Source of the DNA: Malacoraja senta
Lineage: Eukaryota
Length of the DNA: 54,997 bases
NCBI GenBank assembly: GCA_038087875.1
Contig: JAXLNO010001399.1
Span: 62,001 to 116,997, forward strand
Direction: 5' to 3'
Shown: positions 12,776 through 25,296 of the stretch, one piece after another
Numbering within the stretch: position 1 is the stretch's first letter
How the letters are laid out: each line of letters starts with the position of its first letter
Program-made: the position numbers and the translations under genes
Notes under the pieces: generated by a model
The model's input: the letters and a program-made list of their open reading frames with translations, nothing else
What the model was told of the DNA's origin: nothing
The model's database searches: none

Positions 12776-13642
12776 TGAAATAAATGAAATGAATCTTTAT
12801 AAGATTTTATGAATGGTGGGTTAGGTCAGTGAAGAGCGGTTGAGTAGACCACTACATTCTCTTCAATTAAAAAAAATAAGATGATCTCTTTGGAACTTTT
12901 TGAAGGTGCTCGTTTGGTTGTTTGTAGGGTATATGTTTCCTGTGGCAGAGTAGTCTAGACCCAGTCAGACAGAGTGTTAGAAAATTGGGCAGGGCATTTA
13001 CGACTAAGATAAGAAAACAACCCTTTCTCCTTTTAAGATGCAACGGATAGAGAAATAAAGTCTTCAGAATTCTCTACCCAGGAGGTTCAGGTCTTGTTTA
13101 TTCAAAAAAGAGATTTGAAGATTTATGTGCCCTAAGAAATTAAGACACATGGAGAGTAGGATAGAAAAATGGTGCCGAGGTGGAACATTTATATTTTATC
13201 GATAGTGAGCAGTCTTGGTATTAGTAGTGGTTTACCATTATCTCATATCGAGATATTGTTTCGCAAATTGCCCATGCCATTCCTACTTTACATGAGTATA
13301 ATCACACCATACATCCGTACAACGAGCAATGCAAAAAGAGAAAGCGATCTGAATTCAGAATATAATGTTACAGCCACAAATAAAGTGCAAATTGAAAATG
13401 AAAGCTTCAAGGGGCATAACAAGGAAGATTGGAAGATCCGAACTATATCCTGAGCTTATAGGAGAACCATTCAGTAATCTGATAACAGCCAGGATGAAGA
13501 TGTTCTTGAATCAGATGGTATGTGGTTTCAAGCTATTGTATCGATGGGAGCCCGATGGGAGAGAGGAGAAGAGGCAATGACCAGGATGTGTGGGCCTTTA
13601 CCGGAGCAGCGGGAAGTGTAGATGGAATTAATGACGGGGCGG

Positions 13643-14262
13643 CTGGTCTGCGTGATGGACTGGGCTGTGTGATGAACTGGGCTGGTCTGTGTGATGGACT
13701 GGGCTGTGTGATGGACTGGGCTGTGTGATGGGCTGGGCTATGTGATGGGCTGGTCTGGTCTGTGTGATGGACTGGTCTGCGTGATGGACTGGGCTGTGTG
13801 ATGGACTGGGCTGTGTGATGGGCTGGGCTGGTCTGTGTGATGGACTGGGCTGTGTGATGGACTGGGTTGTGTGATGGGCTGGCCTGTGTAATGGGCTGGG
13901 CTGTGTGATGGACTGGGCTGTGTGATGGACTGGGCTGGTCTGTGTGATGGACTGGGCTGTGTGATGGACTGGGCTGTGTGATGGACTGGACTGGGTTGTG
14001 TGATGGGCTGGGCTGTGTGATGGACTGGTCTGTGTGATGGACTGGGCTGTGTGATAGACTGGGTTGTGTGATGGACTGGGCTATGTGATGGACTGGGCTG
14101 TGTGATGGACTGGGCTGTGTGATGGACTGGACTGGGCTGTGTGATGGACTGGGTTGTGTGATGGACTGGGCTGTGTGATGGACTGGGCTGTGTGATGGAC
14201 TGGACTGGGTTGTGTGATGGACTGGGCTGTGTGATGGACTGGGCTGTGTGATGGACTGGGCT
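13643..14262. repeat. Minisatellite, 17-nt unit gatggactgggctgtgt with +5 nt variants
   Basis: Visible tandem array. Confidence 0.95.
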
Positions 14263-14629
14263 GAATCCTCAACTCTCTACAATGTCTTCTGGTCTTGGGC
14301 AGCACAGTTGTCAAACCCAACTCTGAATCACACCAAGAGGATGCTTTTCATGGTGAATCTTGAGAATATCATTTGATTCCTATTCTTATTTTCCCCCCAT
14401 TCTAACCATTCACACATATTTCATTTACCCTGCCGCACCATTTAGTTCTCTGTGTAGGATAGATCCTTTAATCACAATATTACTGCCTTCCTCTGTTGGC
14501 TTCTGAACAACTGAATTGCACCTTTGTCGGCTGTTATTTTACTGGTAGAGGGCATCACTTTTGTTCAGCTGTGACGCCGGCATAAAATTATGTTCTCTCG
14601 CTGCCTTTGAAAGTCAACAAGAAGTCAAA

Positions 14630-15270
14630 TCTTATTTCAAGAGGGCGAGGAGACAAAAACAGGGATGTAATGCTGAGGCTTTATAAAGCATTCGTCAGGC
14701 TGCTTTTGGAGAATTGTGAGCCATTTTGGGCACCATATATGATGTGCTGGCTCTGGACAGGATCCAGAGGAGGGTTACAAGAATGATCCCAGGAATGAGT
14801 GGGTTAACGTATGATGAGCGTTTGACGGCACTGGGCCGTTACTCGCTTGAGTTTAGAAGAATAAGGGGGGGGGGGGTGGGGGGGGGGGCTCATTGGAATG
14901 AACCGAACGGGGAAAAGCTTGGATAGAATGGATGATGTGGGGATGTTTCCACCAGTGGGAGAGTCTAGGACTGGAGGTCATCGCCTCAGAATTAAAGGAT
15001 GTTCCTGTGGAACGGAGATGAGACGAATTTATTTAGTCTGAGGGTGGTGAATCTGTGGAATTCACTGCCACAGAAGGTTGTGGAGGCCAAGGCAATGGAT
15101 ATTGTTGAAGCAGAGATAGATAGATTCTTGATTAGTGCGGGTGTCAAGGGTTATGGGGAAAAGGCAGGAGAATGGGGTTGAGGGGAAGAGATAGCTAACC
15201 CATGATTGAATGGCGGAGTAGTCTTGATGGGCCGAATGGCCTTATTTTGCTTCTATCACTGATGACATGA
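14630..15270 (+). mobile_element. CR1 3' fragment
   Basis: ALDRIQRRVTRMIPGMSGLTYDERL and RVVNLWNSLPQKVVEA. Confidence 0.85.
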
Positions 15271-15654
15271 CCTTATGAAGTCGTCGCTTGACCCTGAATC
15301 AAGCATCCCTTGAATGTTGAGGCAGAGGATCGGAAGAACAGGTCTGTTTACTAAAATAATACAAATGAGAGGGATGAAGAGAGGCAGGCACAGTGGATCA
15401 GAGGTAGTGTTTACGCAGGTAAAGTAAGAAAAGGGGGATAGATAAACCCGGGACTCCGGTTCACGGCTCGGGGTCGTGCGCAGCGCAGTAGTGAGCCCGG
15501 ACCTGCCCAGAGTAATCCTGTTTATTGCAGTCTCTCGGATCAATGACCGTGCGCGGACCTGACTGTTCATTCAAATGGAAAGAACTGGAGATGTTTGTGA
15601 GTTGGAGTGTGCGGAACTGTGATGTAATTTGTGGTCCCAGTGGAGAAGGATGAC

Positions 15655-15661
15655 TATAAAT
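15655..15661 (+). promoter_or_regulatory. Candidate TATA box of the intact GPCR
   Basis: TATAAAT about 80 nt upstream of the exon-1 ATG, in non-repeat sequence. Confidence 0.45.
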
Positions 15662-15738
15662 CAGGCTGCACGGTGAATCGCTTCAGTGCGGCATCTGTAC
15701 CTTTGCCATAACGAGATCTTGCTCTTATCCATCATAAA

Positions 15739-15808
15739 ATGCAGGGAACAGAGGCGGGTGATGCGACCATCATTTGCTACCCGATTCTTGCAATTATCGG
15801 TATCCCAG
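15739..15808 (+). CDS. GPR139/GPR142-like orphan GPCR, exon 1 (MQGTEAGDATIICYPILAIIGIP)
   Basis: ATG at 15739, TM1-start motif YPILAIIGIP, phase-1 donor G|gtgagt at 15808/15809. It joins exon 2 in frame as GCA (Ala). Not present in the supplied ORF track. Confidence 0.85.
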
Positions 15809-16581
15809 GTGAGTTGTTTTGTTGCCACCTCCGTCGCTTTACTTCTGATTATCTGTATTCAGGAGTATCTCCTCTTTTGAGTTTCAGTCTAGTTTCTTGT
15901 CACGTGTAGCGAGGTACAGTGAAAAGCCTTTCTTGCGTGTTAACCAGTCAGCGGAATGACAATGCATGATTACAGCCGAGCCATCCACAGTGTTCATATA
16001 CATGATACAGATAATAACGTGAATTACGTACAGTGCAAGATAACGTCCAGTAAAAACCGATCAAAGCTATGTGTAGGGAGGAACTACAGATGTTGGTTTA
16101 AACCGGTCAGACTAGAAAAGCTGAAGTAAATCGGCGGGTCAGGCAGCATCTGTGGAGAAAAGGAATAACTGACGTATTCGGGTCGAGTCCTTCCTTCAGA
16201 CTGAGAGTCAGGGGGAAATTGAACGAGAGATAGAGACGGTATTTAGGACACATGAATGGAAGGAATGCCTGATCATTTTCTCCAGAGATGCTGTCTGTCT
16301 GACCAAAGATAGTCCGAGGGTCTCCAATGATGTAGAAAGTAGCTATGAAGCTACAACCTGACTCTTAGACCCAATGCCCGATCGCTGAAGGCAATTGGTC
16401 TGTTGTTGAATATCCAACATCGTTCCCCTTCACACAGCCAATGATGTCGGCCCTGCAATATTGACTGCACCAGTTACAATGTTCCCGGTTAGGTTATTCC
16501 CAGCGTTCCCGTGACCAAAGACACGTTCTCGATGCTGGGGGGTTCTCTCTGGTAATGACCTGCCTTGTCATCTTGTTACAG

Positions 16582-17483
16582 CAAACGTTCTCTCTCTCGT
16601 GGTCCTGTCCCGGAGAATGTGCGGCCTCTCCAAAGTGGTCATCCGTTACATGCTAACTATGGCAGTCGCGGACACAATGGTCTGTATATTTAATGTCATC
16701 GTCGGAAACGTCCTCAGCTATCATTTTCCGGATTCATTCCTCGCATACACCTGTACGTGTCGTCTTACATCCTTTATACAAATATCCTGCGTGCAATTCC
16801 CCGTCTGGTCCACAGTGTCGTTCACAGTCGACCGCTTCTTCGCCATTTGTTGCCAGAAATTAAAATCAAAATACTGCACCGAGAGAACCGCCGCAGTGAT
16901 TCTAACGACAGTGTGTTTGTGCAGCTTTTTGATCCATATTCCAGTTTATTTTCGGTATGAGCCCAGCTATTTTGCCGGTGATATACGATGGGGCTGCCAT
17001 ACAGTTGCGGAATATGCTTCTTCGCCCGCATGGAAGACGTACAAATGGGTCTCCAAACTTTTGGTACCAATGCTGCCACTGCCGCTGGTACTGCTGTTAA
17101 ATTCACTGACCGTCAGGCACATTGTACAGGTCAGTCGAATTCGCAGCGCCCTGAAGCGCCGCGTGGACAGTAATATCTGTGATCCTGAGATCAGAAACCG
17201 AAGAACTTCAATCATTCTGTTATTTGCCATCTCGGGGAGCTTCACTGCGCTGTGGACTCCGGTTATGATACTCGACTTGCGTTTCGAAGTCCCGCAGAGT
17301 TTTGCGGTCAACGCCCCGAGGTCCCTTTATCTTGCGATTAGAATAGCGCTTCTGCTAATGTATTTGAGTTCCTGTACAAACACTTGTATTTATGCACTTG
17401 TCCAGAGGAGGTTCCGGGAGGAAGCGAAGAAAGTGATAGCATATCCATTTATTATTATTGTCCGGTTTTTAAAAAGAAATTAG
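16582..17483 (+). CDS. GPR139/GPR142-like orphan GPCR, exon 2 (rest of TM1 to TM7); full CDS 972 nt, 323 aa
   Basis: Acceptor cttgttacag|CA AAC. Seven hydrophobic segments, TM2 LTMAVAD, TM3 TVDRFFAIC, YCTERTA, ECL2 Cys (WGC), TM6 RNRRTSIILLFAISGSF, TM7 SSCTNTCIY, helix 8 RRFREE. No stops. Confidence 0.9.
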
Positions 17484-17519
17484 ATCGAAGCTCGTTGCCT
17501 GGTTTCTTGCTTTACCAGC

Positions 17520-17835
17520 CGTGTAACTGCCCTTCCCCTTCCCGTACCGACTTATCTGTCCTTGGCTTCCTTCGTTGCCAGAGAGAGGCCACACGCAAAC
17601 TGGAGGAACAGCACCTCATATTCTGCTGGGTTAGCCTAGCACCCAACGGTATGATGATTGGTGTGTAGCAAGGAACCGCAAATGCGCGTTCAAACCGAAG
17701 ATAGACTCAAAATGCGGGAGTAACTCAGCGGGACAGGCAGCATCTCTGCAGAGAAGGAATGGGAAACGTCACCCTTTTCTTTTCTCCAGAGATGCTGCTT
17801 GTCCCGCTGAGTTCCTCCCGCACTTTGTGTCTTTC
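17520..17835 (+). mobile_element. Penelope-like C-terminal fragment plus palindromic pLTR-derived repeat
   Basis: DLSVLGFLRCQREATRKLEEQHLIF...PNGM, then inverted arms gagtaactcagcgggacaggcagcat / atgctgcttgtcccgctgagttcctc. Confidence 0.7.
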
Positions 17836-20504
17836 TGTATGAAGATCGACTTGTGGCGAGGGAGAATCTCCTATCTGCTTCACTTTCTTACATTTCTTTT
17901 CTTTACCTCACACTCACTAGACTTTCCTTTACTCTTCATTACTTCTTTCTTTCTCATTTCTTTCTAAAAAGAAAAAAAAAGGAAGTTGTACAAAGAATGT
18001 TTTAATAATTCTGGGAACCTGTAAAAATGTACCATCAAAATGTAATGTACTTCTAATAAATAAAATATTAAAAAAAGAAAAAAAGAAAAGATTCATTTCT
18101 CCAATTTTAACTAGTATCCCCCTCTCTTTCATGTGCCCCCTAACCCGATACGACACCCGTTCGTCCCAGTACACCCCCCCCACCCCATGGCCCCTTCCAT
18201 CAACATCCCTCCCTCTGGCTTTACATTTCACTCCTTTTCTTTCCACACCTAACAGAATTTTGTCTCCTTTTCATCTTTCGCCGTTGTCATTATTTCCAAC
18301 CATTGGACAATCACCCTTCCCCTCACCCGAATCCACGTAATACTGGTGTTGGGAGGAACTGCAGAAGCTAGTTTCTAACGAAGATAGACATAAAGAGCTG
18401 GTGTAACTCAGCGGGTCAGGCAGCATCTCGGAAGAAAAAATATGTGACGTTTCGGCTCGGAACTTTTCTTCAGACTGAAAGAAACGTCACCTATTAATTT
18501 TATTCAGAGTTGCTGCCTGACTCGCCGAGTTACTCCAGCACTTTATGTCTATCCACCTATTACTTCCAGGATTTATTCCGGCCCCACGTCTCTTTTGCAG
18601 CTTTCTGCCTTTAATACAATCAGAATGAAGAGGAGCTCGACCGAAATTGTAATCTGTCTATTCCCTCCACAGATGCTGCCTGACCCACTCAGTTCCTTCA
18701 GCGCGTTGTATTCCGATCCTAAAACATCGTGCTATTAGTTTAAAAGCGAAGATTTAGATGGCCGGGCAGTGTAAGGTTCCAAACAATGGAGCGTAATGTT
18801 CAATATAGTTTACTCCATTTTGCCCTGTTAATTGAACTCAAACAGAAAAACCTGGAAATATTCAGCAGGTCGGGCGGGCCTTTGAGAAACAGAGTCAATA
18901 TTCCAGATTGAAAGGCTACTCCAGATCTTACCAGTATGAGAGATAGAGGAAAAATCCAAGTCATGTCACGGTAGACTCTGCATATCTAAAACTAGAACAA
19001 TTTTGATTGAATATTTTCCTAAAAGATTGACTCGATTTCTATTCTCACAGCTGCTGCCTGACCCATCGAGTATTTCCTGCATTTTGGGTTTACATTTTCA
19101 AGTTTCAGCTTTTGCAGATTTGTGTTTAGATTATCACTTTTCAAACGGCAATAGTCCAATCTCAGTCCCCAGCGTTAAATATATGTTACAATCAGATGAC
19201 AATTTAGCGGGCTTTCTGTACGAATAGCAGAATCATTGAAATGTACAAAGAAAAAGCATAAAATGGAGATACACGGAACTACAGGTACCAGAATGTTGAA
19301 CAACACATAAAGTGCTAGAGGAACTCACTGGGTCAGGCCACACCCGTGGAGGGAATGGAGAGACAAGGTTTCGGGTCGGGATAATTTGACAGAATAGAGA
19401 GCAATCAGCCCATCGCGTCAATACTGGCCCAGCAGCCTGTGCTAATCCCACCTAACTGTTAATGGTCCCTGCCAGACCGGTTAGGGCTCTTCAACTGTTG
19501 CAATCTGAAGGCCACAAGATTGTTTCTGAAACGTGGCGACTCTTTGTGTTCTATATCAGAAGTGTACTGTTATTAGAATAAATGGTTGAACATATTTATG
19601 TGTGACTGTGGTTATGTATAACATGATTTTACTGAATTGATAGCAAAACAAATAATGTCACTGTATCTACCTACTTGTGACAATAAAGTACCATGGAACC
19701 ACTGAGTTTCGGATCACCATCATTTATTGAGTGAATACAAGTATTTTTAATGATCCATCTACCAACGTCCACTCGTTACAGGGGCACGGCTGCATTTTCA
19801 CCTCTTTGTTTTCCCCAAGAGATAATGTGTTGTGTTTAATAACGTTCCTATTTCAGTTAACTTAAAATGGAATTACAAAAAGAACAAATAATGGTGGCAA
19901 CACTCGGCAGGTCAGGCAGCATCTATGAAACAAGAAATAGAAATTATGTTACGGGACGAAAGTCGTTGGTCAGAACTGATAGGAGATGTGAATCTCGCGG
20001 GAGAGAGGTGCAGAACTTCTTTAAGACATGGGTATTCCTGGAAAGAGCATTGGCAATGAATTAAACATTGATGGAAAGACGTGAAGCAGTGCAGAACCTG
20101 ACGGCGCCGCTACGAAATTCCAAACCATGCTGGGTAAATGTTGAAATGTACTAATAAGAATAGTACAGGTGAACAATTTACATCTAGCCGAGATGCAGAG
20201 AGCTTGAAACGGTAGCATCGGGTTATTGTCTATCCATTACATCAAGTACTGGAGATGTGGTCTGAGCAGTAGAAGCCATTACCGCGTATAAAGTCACGAG
20301 GGGAATGGTAGGATGAATGCACAATGTATTTTACCCAGATTAGGGGAATCAAGAACCAGAGGACATAGGTTTAGGTTAGAGAGGAAATATTTAATAGGAA
20401 CCTGAGGGGCAACATTTACACGGAGACGCTGACATATATGGAACGATCTGCCAAAGGAGGTCGCAGCGGCAGGTACGAAACTGTAACAACAATTTAAAGG
20501 GCGT

Positions 20505-21435
20505 AAGAAGGAACTGCAGATGCTGATTTACAGCATTTCTGGAGAAAAAGAATAAGTGAGGTTTCGGGACGAGAACCTTTTTCAGACTGGGAGACAGGGG
20601 AAAGGGAAAGGAAAGATATAACAAGTAATTAGAGTGAATGAATGAAGGATATATAAAAAGCAACGATGATAAAGGAGATGTGGAACCCACAACGGTCCAC
20701 TGTTGGTTGTGGGGTAGGTGATAACAAGTTATACAGACTGTGAAACTCAACAGGACGGCAGTGAAACTAGTACGACGACTAGGGTGGGGGAGCAACGGAG
20801 AGAGAAGGCATGCAAGGGGTTACTTGAAGTTAGATAAATTTATATTCATGCCGCTGGGTGGTAAGCTGCCGAAGCGAAATATGAGGTGCTGTTTCTCTAA
20901 TCAGTATTTGGCCTCACTCTGTCAATGGAGGAGGCCTGGAATAGAAAGGTCAATATGGGAAGGGGCGTAAACGTGTTTGGCAACCGGGAGGTGGGGTGGA
21001 AGATTGCAACCTTCAAGTGGTCCGTCCTGTTTCAACTAATGCAATCAACTCGACGTGCACAAACGGAAGATCAAATAGAACTAGTTATCCAACAACTTTA
21101 GGCTGTGCACGCCACACGAAAGAAGAAGAACCGGGAGGTCACGTGTATCGAGGCGGTCTGAGTGAAGGTGCTCAGCAAAACGATCGCTGAGGCTGTGCTT
21201 GGTCTCGCCGATATATAGGAATCCACACCTGAAACAACCGATACTGTAGACGATGCAAGTGAAACCCCAACTTAGGTGCAAGTCTCAAGTGAAAGGTTTG
21301 TCGGAGTCCCTGGACAGAGTCGAGGGAGGTGAGATTGGGACAGGTGTTGTATCTCCTGCGGTTGCGGGGGAAGGTGCCTGGGGTGGGGTTGGTTTGGTTG
21401 GGAAGGGATGAGTTAACCAGAGAGTTGCGGAGGGA
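20505..21435 (-). mobile_element. Penelope-like element 3' fragment (GIY-YIG endonuclease + pLTR)
   Basis: VYSIGCFRCGFLYIGETKHSLSDRFAEHL (GIY-YIG), upstream GTFPRNRRR-type sequence, and the terminal aaggaactgcagatgctg pLTR end. Confidence 0.8.
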
Positions 21436-22580
21436 CTAGAGAAACATATAAGCAGGTTCAGAAATATGCCATTCGGCCCTTCATGGCTGATCATCCAAAA
21501 TCAGTACCCCGTTCCAGCTTTCTCCCCATATCCCTTCATTACGTTAGCCCTAAGATATATATTTACCTCTCTCTTGAAAACATCCAGTGAATTTGCCCCC
21601 ACTGCCATCTGTGGCAGAGAATTCAACGGATTCACAACTCTCTGTGTGAAAAAGTGTTTCTACATCTCAGTCCTAAATGGCCTACCCCTTATTCTTAAAC
21701 TGTGACCCCTGGTTCTGCACTCACCCAACATCGGTAACATTTTTCCTGCATCTACCCTGTCCAATCGCTTAATAATGTAATATGTTTCTATAAGACCCTC
21801 TCTCATCCTTCTAAATTCCAGTGCATATTTGCCCTATCGACCCATTCTTTCATCATATGTCAGTTCCGCCATCCCGGGAATTAACCTTGTGAACCTACGC
21901 TGCACTCTCTCTATAGTCCTTCCTCAAATAAAGAGAAAACGGCACACAATACTCCAGCCGTGGTCTCATCAGGGCCCTGTACAACTGCAGTAGGACCTCC
22001 TTGCTCCTACACTCAAACCTTCTAGCTGTGAAGGCCAACATACCATTTGCTTTCTTCACTGCCTGCTGCACCTGCATGCTTACTTTCAGTGACTGATGCA
22101 CAAGGACACCCAGGTGTCGTTGCACCTCCCCTGTTCCTAATCTGACACCATTCAGATAATAATCTGCCTTCTTGTTCTTGCCACAAAAGTGCATAACTTC
22201 ACATTTATCCACATTATACTGCACATGTGCACCCACCCAACCTATCCAAGTCACCCTGCAGCCTCATAGCATTCTCCTCACAATCACACTGCCACCCAGT
22301 TTTTTTGTCATCCACAAACTTGGAGACGTTACATTTAACTTTTTTCACCCAGAGAGTTGTAAATCTATGGAATTCTCTGCCACAGCGGAGGCCAATTTAC
22401 TGATTTTTTTAAGAGAGAGTTAGATTTAGCTCTTCAGGTTAAAGGAATCATGGGATATGGGGGAAAAAGCAGAGACACGGTACTGATTTTGGATGATCAG
22501 CCATAATCATATTGAATGGCTGTACCGACTCGAAGGGTTGAATAGCCTGCTCCTGCACCTATTTGCTATGTTTCTATGTA
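21432..22580. mobile_element. CR1 fragments (about 21432-22310 minus; about 22335-22580 plus)
   Basis: QYNVDKCEVMHF...RPRLEYC; tails gaaacat/atgtttc. Confidence 0.8.
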
Positions 22581-23244
22581 ATTCCTTCATCTAAATCGTT
22601 ACTGGTAGAGATTAAATCATATGAATGGATAGAAACGCTTAGAATGATTTGGGCCAAACACGACCAAATGGAACCTGCTGAGATGGGGTATCTTGATCGG
22701 CGGACGAATTGGCTGAAAGGACTGTTTCCATGCTGTATGTTTCTATGAGTCTTGTTTCATTTTATTTAAATAGTCATACAGGCAGGACATATTTGCTATT
22801 TTTTATGCATTATTATGGAATTAAAGTAAGTATATGTACAGAGTAATCGTATGGTTTGGAAACAGAGGAGAGCAGCTAAATAGAACAATGCAGGCAAGTA
22901 AGATTTGATTTAATGAAAATCAATCCATCTGTATTAATTAGAGAAAACATCGTGTTGACATCAAATTTAATTTCCAACGAAACATGGAACGGGCCGATAT
23001 ATGAACTATAAAGAATGTGGAATTATTCAATCAGATATAATATTACAATTTTTGCTCAGTGTCATAACAAGTCGTAATAAAGACCTAGAAGACAATTGTT
23101 TTAAATGGGGAGATAATTCAGAAATCGGAAGTGCAAAGGGGCTTGGAAGTGCCAGTGCAGGATTCCGAAAAGGTTAACATTAGTTAAACCAATGAACTGA
23201 TTGTAGACTTTGGAAGAGGAAGGATGAGGACCCACAATCCTGTT

Positions 23245-23965
23245 TATATACATAGATACATAGATACATAGAAAATAGGTGCAGGAGTAGGCCATTCGGC
23301 CCTTCGAGCCTGCACCGCCATTCAATATGATCATGGCTGATCATCCAACTCAGTATCCCGTACCTGCCTTCTCTCCATACCCCCTGATCCCTTTAGCCAC
23401 AAGGGCCACATCTAACTCCCTCTTAAATATAGCCAATGAACTGGCCTCAACTACCCTCTGTGGCAGAGAGTTCCAGAGATTCACCACTCTCTGTGTGAAA
23501 AAGTTTTTCCTCATCTCGGTCTTAAAGGATTTCCCCCTGATCCTTAAGCTGTGACCCCTTGTCCTGGACTTCCCCAACATCGGGAACAATCTTCCTGCAT
23601 CTAGCCTGTCCAACCCCATAAGAATTTTGTACGTTTCTATAAGATCCCCTCTCAATCTCCTAAATTCTAGCGAGTATAAGCCAAGTCTATCCAGTCTTAC
23701 TTCATATGAAAGTCCTGACATCCCAGGAATCAGTCTGGTGAACCTTCTCTGCACTCCCTCTATGGCTATAATGTCCTTCCTCAGATTTGGAGACCAAAAC
23801 TGTACGCAATACTCCAGGTGTGGTCTCACCAAGACCCTGTACAACTGCAGTAGAACCTCCCTGCTCCTATACTCAAATCCTCTTTAAGTTTTAAGTTTGT
23901 ATCCTAATCTCTTATGTGGTACCTTGTCGAAAGCCTTCTGAAAGTCCAGATACAACACATCCACT
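23245..23965 (-). mobile_element. CR1 3' fragment, relatively young
   Basis: Uninterrupted 164-aa ORF YRVLVRPHLEYCVQFWSPNLRKD...WNSLPQRVVEA with a tagatacatagaaa tail. Confidence 0.9.
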
Positions 23966-24560
23966 GGTGGAGAGAGTACACATTTTCAAATTCCTGTGCG
24001 TGCATATTTCCGAAGATCTTTCCTGGACCCAGCACACTAAATAAAGCACATCAACGCCTCTAACTCCCTAGAAGATTAAGGAACTTCGGTATGTCAAAGC
24101 GGATTCTCTTGAACGTCGACAGGTGTACAGCAGAGAGCATATTGACTGGTCGCATAATGGCCTGGTTCGCCAACTTGAACGTCCAGGAGCGGAAAAGACA
24201 GCACAAAGTTGTGAACACTGCCCAGTCCATCACCGGCTATGACATCCCCACCATCGAAGGGATTTATCGGAGTCGCTGCCTCAAAAAAGGCAGCCAATAT
24301 CATCAGAGACCCCCACCATCCTGGCCACACACTCATTTCACCCCTGCCATCAGGAAGAAGGTACAGGAGCCTGAAAACTGTAACGTTGAAGTTCAGGAAC
24401 AGCTTCTTCCCTGCAGCCATCAGGCTATTATTTTCCTCCCTCGTTTCTCATATTGTTTACAGTGCACTATGTTTACATATTCTGTTGAGCTGCAACAAGT
24501 ACCAATTTCAATGATCTATCTGGGACATATGACAATGAAACACTCTTGACTCTTGACGAC
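23965..24560 (+). mobile_element. Rex1/Babar-like LINE 3' fragment
   Basis: ESILTGRIMAWFANLN...PLPSGRRYRSLK...FRNSFFPAAIRLL, with a cactcttgactcttga tail. Confidence 0.8.
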
Positions 24561-25296
24561 TCTTGAGTCTATAATCAGGGTTTGACGGCACTGGGATGAC
24601 ACAGTGGGCCAGTCCTATTTGCCTACATTTGACCCATTTGGCCTCTAAACCCTTTCATATATTTGTCCAAATGTCTTTTAAAAATTATAATTTTATATAC
24701 GGGCATAAATTCTCCTGGCCACTCATATCAGATACGGATTACCGTCTGAGTGAAAAACATTGAGGTCCATCTTCAATCTCCCCTCACTTTACTTAAAGTT
24801 ATACCCTCCAGTTTTAGAAGCTTCTACGCTGAACCTGTGGACGTTTACATTATTTGAATATTCTCTAGATTTTCCAAACGAGGTTTCACCAGTACCTACG
24901 GTTACAGTGGTAAGAGTGTTTGTGTAAATATGATTGGGGACATATTTACATCGAGTTTTTAACCCCATCCAAGGGCGGTTAATAATGTCACTTTAGCTGC
25001 TGTCCGTTTTCTGCGTGTGTCAAACTGTGTTTCTATCCCACGGGTAGAATTAAATCAGCTTAATAAAGGAATGCGGTAGAATGAATACAACGACAAATAT
25101 TAAATATTTTAAATATAAATTGGTGGTCAGATAAGAGCAAACCAGCAGAATTCGTGTTTTTCTTCACTGTTATATGAATCTGTCGTCGTTGTATTTATTA
25201 AAATGTTATTATTACTGCATGTTTACACCGTGAGCTTCATTTGAATGAGGAACGTTATCGCATCCAGTAATATAGACAGTCAAATAATTTGAACCT

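Noticed and set aside
13643-14262. Regularly spaced repeats superficially like a CRISPR array
   Set aside because: No unique spacers, vertebrate context, and no cas genes.
16441-16492. GTTCCCG|gttagg resembling a GPCR exon-1 donor close to exon 2
   Set aside because: The required frame has an upstream stop and no ATG. The exon at 15739-15808 fits far better.
17880-18090. AATAAA at 18055 as the GPCR poly(A) signal
   Set aside because: It lies in what looks like an A-tailed retroelement 3' end. Its use by the gene cannot be supported from sequence alone.
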